DNA of 64,000 nucleotides from Actinomycetes bacterium (lineage in GTDB: Bacteria; Actinomycetota; Thermoleophilia; RBG-16-64-13). The stretch lies in the NCBI GenBank assembly GCA_024637095.1, contig JAGXFV010000006.1, positions 34,609 through 98,608 on the forward strand, given 5' to 3'. Made by a program: the position numbers and the translations under genes. The notes beneath the pieces were generated by a model. The model made no database searches, had not been told where the DNA came from, and saw only the letters and a program-made list of their open reading frames with translations. Below, piece after piece: positions 41,813 to 52,262 of this stretch. Numbering within the stretch: position 1 is the stretch's first letter; every line of letters begins with the position of its first letter.

Positions 41813-42366
41813 AGCGCCCCTTCGGCCCGAAGCAGGTCGACCTTGTAGGAGTCATCCGGGCCGTAGCGCCCAGGGCTGCCGTCGGACCGGACCACACGGT
41901 GACAGGGAATGACGAGAGGCAATGGATTGGCGGCCATGGCCGTGCCCACCGCCCGGGCGGCGCCCGGGTAACCCGCCTCGCGAGCAAGCGTCCCGTAAGT
42001 GATCGTATCCCCACGGGGGACGGTCAGGAGCGTCCGATAGACCTCACGCCGGAAACCCGGCTCGACCAAGAGTTCGGGGCGGAAGCCGTCGGGCCACGGG
42101 GGCGCCTCGCCTCGAGCCGCGGCCTCCAACGCATCGATCCACGCGGCCGCTTTCGGGGCCAGCCCGGGGGCGCCGCCTTTGCCCGCCGCGGTGTCGGCCG
42201 GGCCCATATCGTGCCGAGCCCCTATGGCAATAGCGGCATCATCTCTCGTCCGAGGTAGGGTGACTTCGACGATTTGCCCCTCGGCGAAGCGGGCCTCACC
42301 CGGTCCCCAAGGAGTCTCAAAAACAGCTGATTGAAGCGCCTCTGATTGTGTTGTTGTGTTACTCAT
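41809..42366 (-). CDS. ogt: Methylated-DNA--protein-cysteine methyltransferase
   Basis: TYGTLA, ARAVG, NPLPLVIPCHRVV. Confidence 0.93.
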   Translation of the reverse strand: MSNTTTQSEALQSAVFETPWGPGEARFAEGQIVEVTLPRTRDDAAIAIGARHDMGPADTAAGKGGAPGLAPKAAAWIDALEAAARGEAPPWPDGFRPELLVEPGFRREVYRTLLTVPRGDTITYGTLAREAGYPGAARAVGTAMAANPLPLVIPCHRVVRSDGSPGRYGPDDSYKVDLLRAEGAL

Positions 42367-42375
42367 AGTTCAAGT

Positions 42376-44244
42376 CTACCCCGTCTTGTGGACAAAGTCG
42401 TAGACCTCCCGCGCCACCTTGCCGGGCAACCCGGGCACGGCCTCCAGTTCGTCTCGCGACGCCGCCAGAAAGCGCTCGGGGGAGCCGAAATGCAGCAAGA
42501 TCGCCCGCTTGCGTTTCTCCCCCACCCCAGGCAGGCCATCGAGAATCGAGGCGTGGCCGGCCGATCGGCGCCGCGTGCGGTGAAAGCTGACGGCGAAGCG
42601 ATGCGCTTCGTCCCGCAGGCGCTGCAACAGCAGCAAGGCCGGGTCGTCGCGCCCGAGCAGCAGGGGGTCCGGGCGTCCCGGTAGGTAGACCTCTTCCTCC
42701 CGTTTGGCCAAGGAGATCACGCCGATGGCGGCATCCAGTCCCAGTTCCTCCAGAACGCCGACGGCCACCCCCAGTTGGCCTTTGCCTCCGTCGACCACCA
42801 CCAGGTCGGGAACCGATTCGAAGGAGGGATCGTACTTCTCCGGAGCAGACGTCGTTGCCCGAGCGAACCGGCGCACAAGAGCTTCTCTCATGGCGGCGAA
42901 GTCATCCTGACCCTCGGAACCGGCGATCGAGAACTTGCGGTAGTCCCCCTTGCGAGGCACCCCGCCCTCGAAGACCACCATGGAGGCGACGATGTGCTCG
43001 GGACCCAGGTTAGAGACGTCGTATCCCTCGATGCGCATCGGGGTCCCCGAAAGCCCCAAGTGGTCGCGGAGACGGGTGAGCGCTCCCCAGCGGCGTTCGC
43101 GGGAACGCTCGGCGCGCAGGCGTTCGTGCTGCAAGGCCAGGGCGGCATTGCGGTCGGCCAACTGCTGCAGCCGGCGCTTGTCCCCACGTTCCGCCGTCCT
43201 CACCGTCACTCGGGATCCGCGCAGTTCGCTGAGGAATCCGGCCGTCTGCCCGTCCCGGGCCCCAACCGCAGGCACGATGATCTGGGGAGGCAGAGTGAGA
43301 GCCATAGAGTAGTACTCGGCGAAAAATCGCCGGAGTATGTCTTCGTCGGACTCGCCTTCCACGTTCTCTAGGCTGAAGCTCCGCCGATCGCCGAGCACTC
43401 CGTCGCGCATCTGGAAGACCTGGACGTTGGCGTTGCCCTCGTCCCGCGCCATGCCCACGATATCCACGCTCCCCATCGCCGTCTGCCGCGAGCGCTGGCC
43501 CTCCATCACGTGGCGGACGGCGTCCAGCCGGTCACGATAGAGCGCCGCCTTTTCGAACTCCATGTCTTCGGAGGCCCGCCGCATACCCCCTTCGAGGCCC
43601 TGGGCGATCTCTTTCTGCCGTCCCGAAAGGAAGACGCTCACCCGGTCTATCAGTCTCCGGTACTCCTCAGGGGTGATGTAGCCTGCACAGGGAGCGTCGC
43701 AGCGTTTGATCGAATACTGCAGACAGGGGGAACCACTGTGCCGGCCCGGCGTCTTGCCCCGGCATTTGCGGAAGGGGAAGATTCGCCCCAGCGTGTCCAG
43801 GGTCTCTCTGACCTTGGCGGCATTGGCGTAAGGACCGAAGTAGGCGTTCCCCTTGCGATGCGGATGGCGCGTGAACATCACTCGTGGGAATTCGTCTTCC
43901 AGGGTCACCACGATATATGGGTAAGACTTGTCGTCACGCAGCCGGATATTGTAGGGCGGGCGATGACGCTTGATCAGGTTGTCCTCGACGATCAAGGCCT
44001 CGGTCTCGCTTGCCGTCACGATCCAGTCGACAGACTCGGCTTTGGCCCCCATCTCCGCCACCTTCAACGGGATCCTGCTCGCGGCGCTGCCTCTTACGGC
44101 CGGCAGATAACTGGCCAGGCGTCTCTTTAGCGACAGCGCCTTGCCCACATAGAGCACTTCGCCACCGTCATCTTTGAACAAATAGACGCCGGGAAGGTCC
44201 GGAGCCCCTTTTATCTGAGTGATGATTTCTTCGCGGCTGGTCAT
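42376..44244 (-). CDS. uvrC: Excinuclease ABC subunit C
   Basis: PGVYLF, YVGKA, DDKSYP, DVSN, DGGKGQ, RDEAHRFA, HhH. Confidence 0.97.
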   Translation of the reverse strand: MTSREEIITQIKGAPDLPGVYLFKDDGGEVLYVGKALSLKRRLASYLPAVRGSAASRIPLKVAEMGAKAESVDWIVTASETEALIVEDNLIKRHRPPYNIRLRDDKSYPYIVVTLEDEFPRVMFTRHPHRKGNAYFGPYANAAKVRETLDTLGRIFPFRKCRGKTPGRHSGSPCLQYSIKRCDAPCAGYITPEEYRRLIDRVSVFLSGRQKEIAQGLEGGMRRASEDMEFEKAALYRDRLDAVRHVMEGQRSRQTAMGSVDIVGMARDEGNANVQVFQMRDGVLGDRRSFSLENVEGESDEDILRRFFAEYYSMALTLPPQIIVPAVGARDGQTAGFLSELRGSRVTVRTAERGDKRRLQQLADRNAALALQHERLRAERSRERRWGALTRLRDHLGLSGTPMRIEGYDVSNLGPEHIVASMVVFEGGVPRKGDYRKFSIAGSEGQDDFAAMREALVRRFARATTSAPEKYDPSFESVPDLVVVDGGKGQLGVAVGVLEELGLDAAIGVISLAKREEEVYLPGRPDPLLLGRDDPALLLLQRLRDEAHRFAVSFHRTRRRSAGHASILDGLPGVGEKRKRAILLHFGSPERFLAASRDELEAVPGLPGKVAREVYDFVHKTG

Positions 44245-44472
44245 CGCAGAATCTCGGACAACTTTCGCAGGTGGAGAGAGGTGGCGACGAGCCGCTGCGC
44301 AGCCTGCTCCCCGTGTCGAACGCAGAGGGCAAGCACACGCGGTCGAATGAGAAGCGCGAAGCGGCCGCAGAATTGTACCTCAGCCGCGGAGCGGGCGCCC
44401 AGAAGCTGGCACCCGATAGCGAAGACAAACGCGTGGAAGAGCAGTGAGACGCGGTGCGTGGCGCAGCAGTGA

Positions 44473-44529
44473 GGCGCGGCGCCTAGAGGCGCGGCGCTGC
44501 GACCAGGGATGGCGCGGCGCCTAGAGGCG
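44473..44529. repeat. 19-bp direct repeat just downstream of fabI
   Basis: GGCGCGGCGCCTAGAGGCG at 44473 and 44511. Confidence 0.8.
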
Positions 44530-44534
44530 GACGG

Positions 44535-45326
44535 TTATTCCTCTTCCACCACCGGGGGCACTCCGGTGATGTGGTAGCCGCCGTCGACGTGCAGCACTTC
44601 CCCGGTGATCTGCCGGCTCCAATCGCTGAGGAGCGGCACGGCGGCGTTACCCACCTCTTCGATGGTGGTGTTGCGGCGCAGAGGCGAGTTGCGGTCGTAC
44701 CAGTCGAAGATCTTGCGGAAGTCGCCGATCCCCGAGGCGGCCAGCGTGCGAATGGGTCCCGCGGAGATGGCGTTCACCCTGATGCCGCTGGGTCCCAGAT
44801 CGGCCGCCAGGTAACGCACCGCCGCTTCCAGTCCGGCCTTGGCCACGCCCATAACGTTGTAATGGGGAATCGTCCGCTCCGCTCCCAGGTAGGTGAGCGA
44901 GACAATACTGCCTCCCTCACGCATCAACGGGACGGCGCTGCGGGTGGTGGCCACCAGAGAATACACGGAGACGTCCAGGGCCACCCGGAAGCCCTCACGT
45001 GTCGTATTGTAGAACTCGCCCGTCAGTTCTTCCTTGTTGGCGTAGGCGATGGCGTGAACCAGGAAGTCGAGCGATCCCCAACGCTCCCCCAGAGCCTCAA
45101 AGCACCGTTCGATCTCTTCGTCCGAACGGACATCGCACGAGAGAACGACGTCACTGCCCAGCTGCGCCGCAAGCGGGCGCACGCGCTTCTCGAGCATCTC
45201 ACCGGCGTAAGTGAAGCCCAGTTCCGCCCCTTCGCGCCTTGCGGCCTGAGCGATTCCCCAAGCGATGCTGCGTTCGTTGGCCAATCCCATTATCAGGCCA
45301 CGCCGGCCTTCCAGTACTCCTGGCAT
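44535..45326 (-). CDS. fabI: Enoyl-ACP reductase
   Basis: [39 protein letters not shown] 45326. Confidence 0.96.
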   Translation of the reverse strand: MPGVLEGRRGLIMGLANERSIAWGIAQAARREGAELGFTYAGEMLEKRVRPLAAQLGSDVVLSCDVRSDEEIERCFEALGERWGSLDFLVHAIAYANKEELTGEFYNTTREGFRVALDVSVYSLVATTRSAVPLMREGGSIVSLTYLGAERTIPHYNVMGVAKAGLEAAVRYLAADLGPSGIRVNAISAGPIRTLAASGIGDFRKIFDWYDRNSPLRRNTTIEEVGNAAVPLLSDWSRQITGEVLHVDGGYHITGVPPVVEEE

Positions 45327-45449
45327 CCTCACTCCTTCTCCGGGGCGCTCAAGATACCACGAGAGCGACGTGTCTATCGGGAAGCCCGGAGGGTAGGTAA
45401 GCGTAAGAACTTCATCCATCCTGACTATTCGACCGGAGGTCGATCGCAC

Positions 45450-46505
45450 ATGGACGAGCTACGCGACCTGCTTGCCACCTTTGCCAACGCGCAGGGCGTA
45501 TCAGGCTACGAGGACGACATCGCCGGGCTGCTGCAAGAGCACCTGGCGGACCTGACCGACGAAGTGCGCACCGACACAATGGGCAACGTGATCGGCACCA
45601 GAAACGGTGACGGCCCGAAGATCATGATCGCCGCGCACATGGACGAGATCGGCCTCATGGTCAAGTACATAGATGACAACGGCTTTCTTCGCTTCGTGCC
45701 GCTTGGAGGGTGGATCGATCAGATCCTCCTCGGTCAGCGGGTGGTGGTTCGGGGACTCGAGGGCAATCTCTACGGCGTGGTCGGGTCCAAGCCACCCCAC
45801 ATCATGGAGCCCGATGACCGCAAGAAGGTCATCAAGCTAAAAGACATGTTCATCGACATCGGGGCGTCGTCCAGGGAAGAAGCCGAGGAGTTCGGCGTGC
45901 AGATTGGCAGCACGATCACCATCGATCGCGATCTCCGGCCTCTCAAGGGGAACCTGGTCACGGGAAAGGCATTCGACGACCGCGCCGGGGTTGCCATGAT
46001 GGTGGCCGCCATGCGCCGGTTGAAGGACATGGAGGTGCGCGCGACGGTGTTCGCGGTGGGCACGGTGCAGGAGGAGGTGGGGCTGAAAGGCGCGCGGACC
46101 AGCGCCTACGGTCTGGATCCTGACGCGGCGCTGATCTCCGAGGTCACCATTCCGGGCGACCACCCCGGGGTAACCAAGGAGGAGCGCCACGTTACCATCG
46201 GCGGCGGACCGGTGCTGACCGTGGCCGACTCCGACGGGCGCGGGATCCTGGTGCATCGCAAGGTGATCGCCTGGCTGCGCGGGACCGCCGCTGCCAAAGG
46301 AATCCCCTACCAGTTGGACGTGGGCAGCGGCGGCACCACCGACGCGACCGCGATTCACCTGGTTAAGACTGGAGTCCCCTCAGGCGTGATCAGCGTGGCC
46401 ACCCGCTACATTCATTCGCCCATAGAGGTGCTCAGCCTCGAAGACCTCGACCGAGGCGGCCAGTTGATTGCCGAGGCGGTGATGTCCGCACACGAGCACC
46501 TCTAG
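45450..46505 (+). CDS. M42 family aminopeptidase
   Basis: [34 protein letters not shown] 45450 behind GGAGG. Confidence 0.94.
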   Translation: MDELRDLLATFANAQGVSGYEDDIAGLLQEHLADLTDEVRTDTMGNVIGTRNGDGPKIMIAAHMDEIGLMVKYIDDNGFLRFVPLGGWIDQILLGQRVVVRGLEGNLYGVVGSKPPHIMEPDDRKKVIKLKDMFIDIGASSREEAEEFGVQIGSTITIDRDLRPLKGNLVTGKAFDDRAGVAMMVAAMRRLKDMEVRATVFAVGTVQEEVGLKGARTSAYGLDPDAALISEVTIPGDHPGVTKEERHVTIGGGPVLTVADSDGRGILVHRKVIAWLRGTAAAKGIPYQLDVGSGGTTDATAIHLVKTGVPSGVISVATRYIHSPIEVLSLEDLDRGGQLIAEAVMSAHEHL

Positions 46506-46566
46506 GAGACGTTGGCCCTCTCCCCGGACGCGCGGCCAACCAGCGGCGCGCGTCTCGCGGGGGCGC

Positions 46567-46606
46567 CGCTCAGGCTCGCGCGTCGGCGCTCAGGCTCGCG
46601 CGTCGG
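46567..46606. repeat. Perfect 20-bp tandem duplication including the otsB stop
   Basis: CGCTCAGGCTCGCGCGTCGG x2. Confidence 0.9.
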
Positions 46607-47417
46607 TTAGGTGCGCCAGGAGCGCGGGCACCTCGTCAAAGGCAATCTCCAAGTCGGCCCACTGGAGGAGATCCTCCGGTGACTCATCGGAGACCACAGC
46701 GACGCTGACCGTGTATGCCTCCGAGCTCGAGCGCAGGGCTTCGAGCGCCCGGAAGGCGTCGATGTCGGTTCGGTCGTCCCCGATGTACACAGCCGCCCGC
46801 AGTTGGCGCTCCACGAAAAGGCGCCGCACGGCGGTTCCCTTGTTGATGCCCGCCGGCCGCAGGTCAACGACTTTGCGGCCGGGCAACATGACCAGATCGC
46901 GCTCCTCCGCCTGCAGTTGGGCCGCTTCCAGCACCGCTCGCCAAGCTCGCGGTTCGTCGGCGACACCCCGCGTATGCAAGGCCACGCTCGCAGTTTTGTT
47001 CTCGATGCGTACGCCGAGCGCCCGTAGTTCCGGATTGAGCTCCAGAGCGGCGGTCGCTTCCTGCACCCTCTCGATCACGTCGGGGGGCAAGAGGTAGTCG
47101 TGCTCCCCCGCGAGCAGCAACTCCATGCCGTGATTGCCCACCACCAGCACTTCGTCCAGGCCGAGCAGCCCGGCCGCGTCGGGCGCGGCTCTTCCCGAAA
47201 CCGCCGCCACCAAGCGGTAGCGTTCGGTCAGCCGGCGCACCAAGTCACGGGTGGCCTCGGGAACAAAGGTCTCGTCGGGCCGGGGACGGATGGGTGCGAG
47301 CACGCCGTCGACATCGAGGAAAATGCCCGCAGACGCAGCACGCCCGATCACCTGATCGAGAACGTCAAAGCGATGAAGGCCGCCATTGGCGGACTGCTCA
47401 TTCTGATTGTCAGCCAT
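46590..47417 (-). CDS. otsB: Trehalose-6-phosphate phosphatase (HAD IIB)
   Basis: FLDVDG, SGR, GNHG, NKG, GDDRTD; ATG 47417 overlaps the upstream gene end. Confidence 0.88.
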   Translation of the reverse strand: MADNQNEQSANGGLHRFDVLDQVIGRAASAGIFLDVDGVLAPIRPRPDETFVPEATRDLVRRLTERYRLVAAVSGRAAPDAAGLLGLDEVLVVGNHGMELLLAGEHDYLLPPDVIERVQEATAALELNPELRALGVRIENKTASVALHTRGVADEPRAWRAVLEAAQLQAEERDLVMLPGRKVVDLRPAGINKGTAVRRLFVERQLRAAVYIGDDRTDIDAFRALEALRSSSEAYTVSVAVVSDESPEDLLQWADLEIAFDEVPALLAHLTDARA

Positions 47418-48627
47418 CTTCCGCCTCACGCTCGTCGTGTTCCCGCACCTGCTGGGCAACCTCGTGGGGATCGCGCGTGGACACCACGAACCCCGTGGTC
47501 TCTTCGAAGCCCCCGGGTACGTTGACCAGGGAACGGGGCACCACCTCGGCATGCAAGTGGCCGACGGCCTCCCCACTGCGCAGCGCCACCACATAGGCGG
47601 GCACACCCCCCAATAGCGACTCGTAGCGACGCACGGTCCAGGAGAGCGCCTCGGCAAAGGCCCGGAGGTCGGGAAGGTCGTTCAGCCGCGGGACCTCTTC
47701 CTCGGAAGCGATGACAAAGGTCAGATTGCGGCTGGGCGCCGGGTGCACGGCGACGCGCACGTCTCCGAAGCGCTTGACCAGCAGATGCGGGTCGCCGACG
47801 ATGGCGCAAATGGGACACCCACCCATCGAACGACGCCCGCGCAGCGAGCGGAACAATGGAGGGAAGTCCTCCTGATCCACCGAGAAGAACTGACTGTGGA
47901 AGCACTCCAGCGACTGCCCGGACAGCGGGTTCTTGCCCCCATTGATGAAAGGAACCGGCACCAGATCGCGGTGGTAAGACCACTTCTCGAGCACCTGCCA
48001 GGAGGCCAGCAGGGCTTCTAGCGCCGGGATGGGGAGGGGGCGCTGCTCGCCGGAAGGGTTGTGCTTTAGAACCCCGATATCCATGTCGTGGTACGGCGGG
48101 GGCAGGGTCAGCACGAAGCACTCCGCCGCACTGCCCGGCTCGACCAGAATGGGAACGAAATTGAGGAAGGTGCGCACCAGGTAGGGCCGACCCGGCAGGG
48201 TCGCCGGGGTAAAGTCACCCTTCCAATCCGGGTGCCTCGTGCGCATCAGGATGCGGATCGCTTCCCAGGGGTCGGGCTCTTCGCCGGGGGGAAGGGAGGC
48301 TTCGTACCGGGTGAGGGCGGCGAAGGATTCCCGCTCGGTTTCCACGCGCGGCGGCCCCACCTTGATCTCTGCGGGAGGTTCGCTCGTGAAAACGTCCGTG
48401 GGCTGGGCTTCCATGTAGAAAAGCGTGGGCGGAGTCTGGCCGGTGCAGAAAGGGCACTTGCCGGCACCGCTGGGCCGCTGCGACCTGCGCGGGTTGAGCA
48501 GAACCTCGTTCCCGCGCAGAGGATCGATCAGCCGGAGGTGCTCTCCGCTGCGGATCTGCACGGGCAGATCCCGGCAGGCGCGGATGCGGGCATCGAGCTT
48601 TTCCACGAACGACTGATCGAGATTCAT
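47410..48627 (-). CDS. Divergent GalT/HIT-family nucleotidyltransferase
   Basis: DPLRG..NPRRSQRP..CPFC, SGQSLECFHSQ (canonical GASxxHPHxQ), CPIC, HLHAEVVPR..GGFE..TG..V...P. Confidence 0.75.
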   Translation of the reverse strand: MNLDQSFVEKLDARIRACRDLPVQIRSGEHLRLIDPLRGNEVLLNPRRSQRPSGAGKCPFCTGQTPPTLFYMEAQPTDVFTSEPPAEIKVGPPRVETERESFAALTRYEASLPPGEEPDPWEAIRILMRTRHPDWKGDFTPATLPGRPYLVRTFLNFVPILVEPGSAAECFVLTLPPPYHDMDIGVLKHNPSGEQRPLPIPALEALLASWQVLEKWSYHRDLVPVPFINGGKNPLSGQSLECFHSQFFSVDQEDFPPLFRSLRGRRSMGGCPICAIVGDPHLLVKRFGDVRVAVHPAPSRNLTFVIASEEEVPRLNDLPDLRAFAEALSWTVRRYESLLGGVPAYVVALRSGEAVGHLHAEVVPRSLVNVPGGFEETTGFVVSTRDPHEVAQQVREHDEREAEDG

Positions 48628-48728
48628 TGCGCGCTAGTATACCTAGGCGGGCTCGTTTTCCACCCGGGGCCAAGAAAACGGGCGGCCCTGGACCGCCCGC
48701 TCAAAAGCAATCAGCAGGCCGGCAGGCT

Positions 48729-50642
48729 CTAGGCCGGGCTGTTCTCTTTCTTGCCGTAGCCCCGTTCGCGCAACGCCGAGTCGATCTCCTCGAGGATAAC
48801 GGGATCGTCGATGGTGGAGGGCGGCGCAACCGACTGGCCGTCCGCGATCTTGCGCATGGTGCCGCGCAGGATTTTGCCGGAACGCGTCTTTGGTAAGCGG
48901 GAAACCACCAACGCCGACTTGAACGAGGCGACGGCCCCCACCTCTTCCCGCACCATGCCCACGAGCTCCTTCTCCAGACCGGCGGCATCCCGATCCACTC
49001 CGGACTTGAGCACGCAAAGACCCAGCGGTATCTGTCCCTTGAGGTCGTCCGCTACCCCCAGGACCGCGCACTCGGCCACGTCGGGGTGTTGGGCGATGAC
49101 CTCTTCCAAGCGACCCGTGGAAAGCCTGTGGCCCGCCACGTTGATGACGTCGTCCACCCGGCCCATGATGTAGATGTAGCCTTCTTCATCGATGTAGCCC
49201 CCGTCGCCGGTGAAGTAGAAACCGGGGAAGGCACTGACGTACGACTCCACATAGCGAATGTCGTCTTCCCACAGGGTCGGCAGGCAACCAGGAGGCAGCG
49301 GCAGCTTGATGCCCACGATCCCCTCTTGGCAAGGGGGCACGTCCTCGCCGGACGGGTCGAGCATCTGCACGTCGTAGCCCGGCACCGCCTTGGTCGGTGA
49401 GCCCGGCTTGATCGGGAAGGCCTCTATACCCATGCAGTTGGCGGCGATCGGCCAGCCGCTCTCGGTTTGCCACCAGTGGTCCACCACCGGCACTCCCAGC
49501 AGGTCCGAAGCCCAGTGATAGGTATCAGGGTCGAGGCGCTCCCCCGCCAGGAAGAGGTAATCGAGGCTCGAGATGTCGTACCTCTCGAGGTGTTTGCCCT
49601 CGCTGTCCTCCTTCTTGATGGCGCGGATGGCCGTAGGCGCGGTGAACAGCACCCGAACCTTGTGATCCTGGATCACCCGCCAGAAGGCGCCGGCATCCGG
49701 GGTGCCCACCGGCTTGCCCTCGTAGAGCACCGTGGTGCACCCGTAAAAAAGCGGTCCGTAGACGATGTACGAGTGACCCACCACCCAGCCGACGTCGGAG
49801 GCGGCCCAGTAGACATCGCCGGGCTGCACGTCGTAGACGTTCTTCATCGACCAGTGCAGCGCGACCGCATGCCCGCCGTTGTCACGCACCACGCCCTTGG
49901 GCTTGCCCGTCGTGCCTGAGGTATAGAGGATGTAGAGGGGATCGGTGGCCTCGACCGTGGTACAGCCCACCGGATCCGCACCCGCCATAGCCGACGCCCA
50001 GTCGACGTCCCGTTGCTCGGTCATGGCTGCTTGGCACATGGGCCGCTGCAGGATCACACAATGCTCAGGCTTGGATTCCGCCATGCCGATCGCCCGGTCG
50101 AGCAGGGGCTTGTACTCGATCACCCGCTGGCCCTCGACCCCGCAGGAGGCGGACACGATCACCTTGGGCTTGGCATCGTCCACCCGCACGGCGAGTTCGT
50201 GGGCGGCAAAGCCGCCGAAGACCACGGAGTGCACTGCGCCCAGTCGGGCGGTCGCGAGCATGGCGATCACGGCCTCGGGCACCATGGGCATGTAGATCAC
50301 GACCCGGTCGCCCTTGACCACGCCCAGCCCGGAGAGCACGCCTGCGAAACGGGCGACTTCGTCGGTCAACTCCCGATAGGAGTAGCGCTTGACTTGGTCG
50401 GTCACTGGGCTGTCGTAGATCAAAGCCACTTGGTCTCCGCGGCCGGCAACCACGTGGCGGTCCAGCGCGTTGTAGCAGGTGTTCAGCCGGGCGTCGGGGA
50501 ACCAGCGGTAAAAGGGAGGATTGCGATCGTCAAGCACGCGGCTCCAGCCGGATTCCCAGTCGATGCCCTGCGCAGCTTCCCCCCAAAAGGTATCCGGATC
50601 TTCAATGGACTGCCGGTAGACGTCCTCGTAGCGGTCACCCAT
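48729..50642 (-). CDS. prpE: Propionyl-CoA synthetase (acetate/propionate-CoA ligase)
   Basis: YTSGTTGKPKG, DHWWQTESG, PKTRSGK. Confidence 0.88.
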   Translation of the reverse strand: MGDRYEDVYRQSIEDPDTFWGEAAQGIDWESGWSRVLDDRNPPFYRWFPDARLNTCYNALDRHVVAGRGDQVALIYDSPVTDQVKRYSYRELTDEVARFAGVLSGLGVVKGDRVVIYMPMVPEAVIAMLATARLGAVHSVVFGGFAAHELAVRVDDAKPKVIVSASCGVEGQRVIEYKPLLDRAIGMAESKPEHCVILQRPMCQAAMTEQRDVDWASAMAGADPVGCTTVEATDPLYILYTSGTTGKPKGVVRDNGGHAVALHWSMKNVYDVQPGDVYWAASDVGWVVGHSYIVYGPLFYGCTTVLYEGKPVGTPDAGAFWRVIQDHKVRVLFTAPTAIRAIKKEDSEGKHLERYDISSLDYLFLAGERLDPDTYHWASDLLGVPVVDHWWQTESGWPIAANCMGIEAFPIKPGSPTKAVPGYDVQMLDPSGEDVPPCQEGIVGIKLPLPPGCLPTLWEDDIRYVESYVSAFPGFYFTGDGGYIDEEGYIYIMGRVDDVINVAGHRLSTGRLEEVIAQHPDVAECAVLGVADDLKGQIPLGLCVLKSGVDRDAAGLEKELVGMVREEVGAVASFKSALVVSRLPKTRSGKILRGTMRKIADGQSVAPPSTIDDPVILEEIDSALRERGYGKKENSPA

Positions 50643-50690
50643 CTTGTGACTCCCCCGGTTTCATCTAGTGTGACGAATTCAAGTCCCGGA

Positions 50691-50719
50691 ATCTTAAGAG
50701 CGGGCTCGGAGCCTTTCAA
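50691..50719 (-). promoter_or_regulatory. sigmaA promoter of prpE (TTGAAA-N17-TAAGAT)
   Basis: Near-consensus hexamers with 17-nt spacing, 48 nt upstream of the ATG. Confidence 0.65.
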
Positions 50720-50875
50720 CGAGAAGACGATTAGCGGGCCTTATGGTAGGACCACCGGTCGCCGCTTCTCTGCAGATACCGAAGCTCCAGGTAGGCCCTT
50801 TCCGGAACCGCCGGGTCCACCCGCGCGAGACAGCGTCGGCTGCTCAACGCGAAGAAGCTTCGCGCTCTACCGTCT

Positions 50876-52204
50876 TCAGGAACCGTCGCCGGATCGAGAA
50901 CCTCCAGAGGCCAGCGCCCGGCGCCAGCGTGCGGCGGCGTCTTCCAGTTCCCTGGCGAGCGGTGCCGCCACCTGACCGGTCACAAGAACATCCTGATCCC
51001 GATAGTCGATCTGCACCGATCCCCGCTCCCGCACCCGCGAGAGCAACGAGCCGGCGGTGTAGGGAATGGCCGTCTCCACATCGACCCACATTTCGGACAG
51101 GGTTTCGGCCAGTTCTTCTCTCAGCCGGTCGAGGCCGCGGCTCTGCCGGGCAGCCACCGCCACCACGTGGATGTCGTCGCGGGGCGGCCGGAAGGGGTGG
51201 TCCATCTCGGCTTCCACCAGGTCAATCTTGTTGTAGACCACCACCTTGGGCTTGTGACCGGCCCCGAGTTCGTCCAGCACGTCGCGCACGGTGCTCCGGT
51301 GCTCTTTGGCCAACGGGTCCGAGGCGTCGACCACCTCGATCAATAGGTCGGCCCGGGTCACTTCTTCCAAGGTCGCCCGAAAAGCCTCCACCAGCTGGTG
51401 CGGGAGCTTGTGGATGAAGCCCACCGTGTCAGTCAGAATCAGGGTCTGCCCGTCGCCCAGACTCACCTTGCGGCTGGTGGGGTCGAGGGTGGCAAAGAGC
51501 ATGTCCTGGGTTCCGACCACAGCCTCTCCGACGAGGGAGTTGAGCAATGTCGATTTGCCCGCGTTCGTGTAGCCGACGATGGCCGCGGTGGGAAGACGGG
51601 CCTTCTCCCGGCTGCGGGCCGCGGTTTCTCGGCGCAGCCGTACTTCTTCCACGCGTTCCCGCATCTTCTTGATGCGCTCGCGGATGATGCGGCGGTCGGT
51701 TTCCAGCTGCGTCTCCCCGGGACCCCTGGTGCCAATGCCGCCGCCGGTACGGGAAAGGTGCTCCCATAGTCGGGTCAGCCGGGGCAGTTGATACTCGAGT
51801 TGGGCGAGTTCGACCTGCAGCCGTCCCTCGTGAGTGCGGGCGCGCTGGGCGAAGATGTCCAAAATCATCCCGCTACGATCGAGCACCTTGACCTTTGTGA
51901 TGGTCTCCAAGGCCCGCTGCTGTTTGGGCGATAGCTCATCGTCGGAGATCAGCAGCGTGAAGCCGGTGCGCGACTTCCATTCCTTGAGCTCTTCGGCTTT
52001 GCCCTTACCCAGGTAGTAGTTGGGGTGGACAGTCTGCCGCTTTTGCGCGAAAGAACCGACCACTTCGGCTCCGGCCGTGGTGGCCAGCGAAGCCAGCTCC
52101 TCGAGAGACTCCTCGGCCGACCAACGTGGGTCGTCGCCGGTGTCCACCGCGATCAGCAAGGCCTTCTCGGCCGGTTGGGCCGATTCGATGTATTCCTTCG
52201 TCAA
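50876..52204 (-). CDS. hflX: GTPase HflX
   Basis: GGGIGTRGPGETQLE, GYTNAGKST, LFATLD, DTVGF, NKID. Confidence 0.97.
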   Translation of the reverse strand: MTKEYIESAQPAEKALLIAVDTGDDPRWSAEESLEELASLATTAGAEVVGSFAQKRQTVHPNYYLGKGKAEELKEWKSRTGFTLLISDDELSPKQQRALETITKVKVLDRSGMILDIFAQRARTHEGRLQVELAQLEYQLPRLTRLWEHLSRTGGGIGTRGPGETQLETDRRIIRERIKKMRERVEEVRLRRETAARSREKARLPTAAIVGYTNAGKSTLLNSLVGEAVVGTQDMLFATLDPTSRKVSLGDGQTLILTDTVGFIHKLPHQLVEAFRATLEEVTRADLLIEVVDASDPLAKEHRSTVRDVLDELGAGHKPKVVVYNKIDLVEAEMDHPFRPPRDDIHVVAVAARQSRGLDRLREELAETLSEMWVDVETAIPYTAGSLLSRVRERGSVQIDYRDQDVLVTGQVAAPLARELEDAAARWRRALASGGSRSGDGS

Positions 52205-52262
52205 CTGTGATGCTCCTCGCCCCGATTCCCTCGCCCCGTAGGCCTCGGGCCCCAGAGGCCTA

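Noticed and set aside
44245..44534. CRISPR array or LexA box in the uvrC-fabI spacer
   Set aside because: Only two 19-bp copies without unique ~30-bp spacers or cas genes; no complete GAAC-N4-GTTC palindrome
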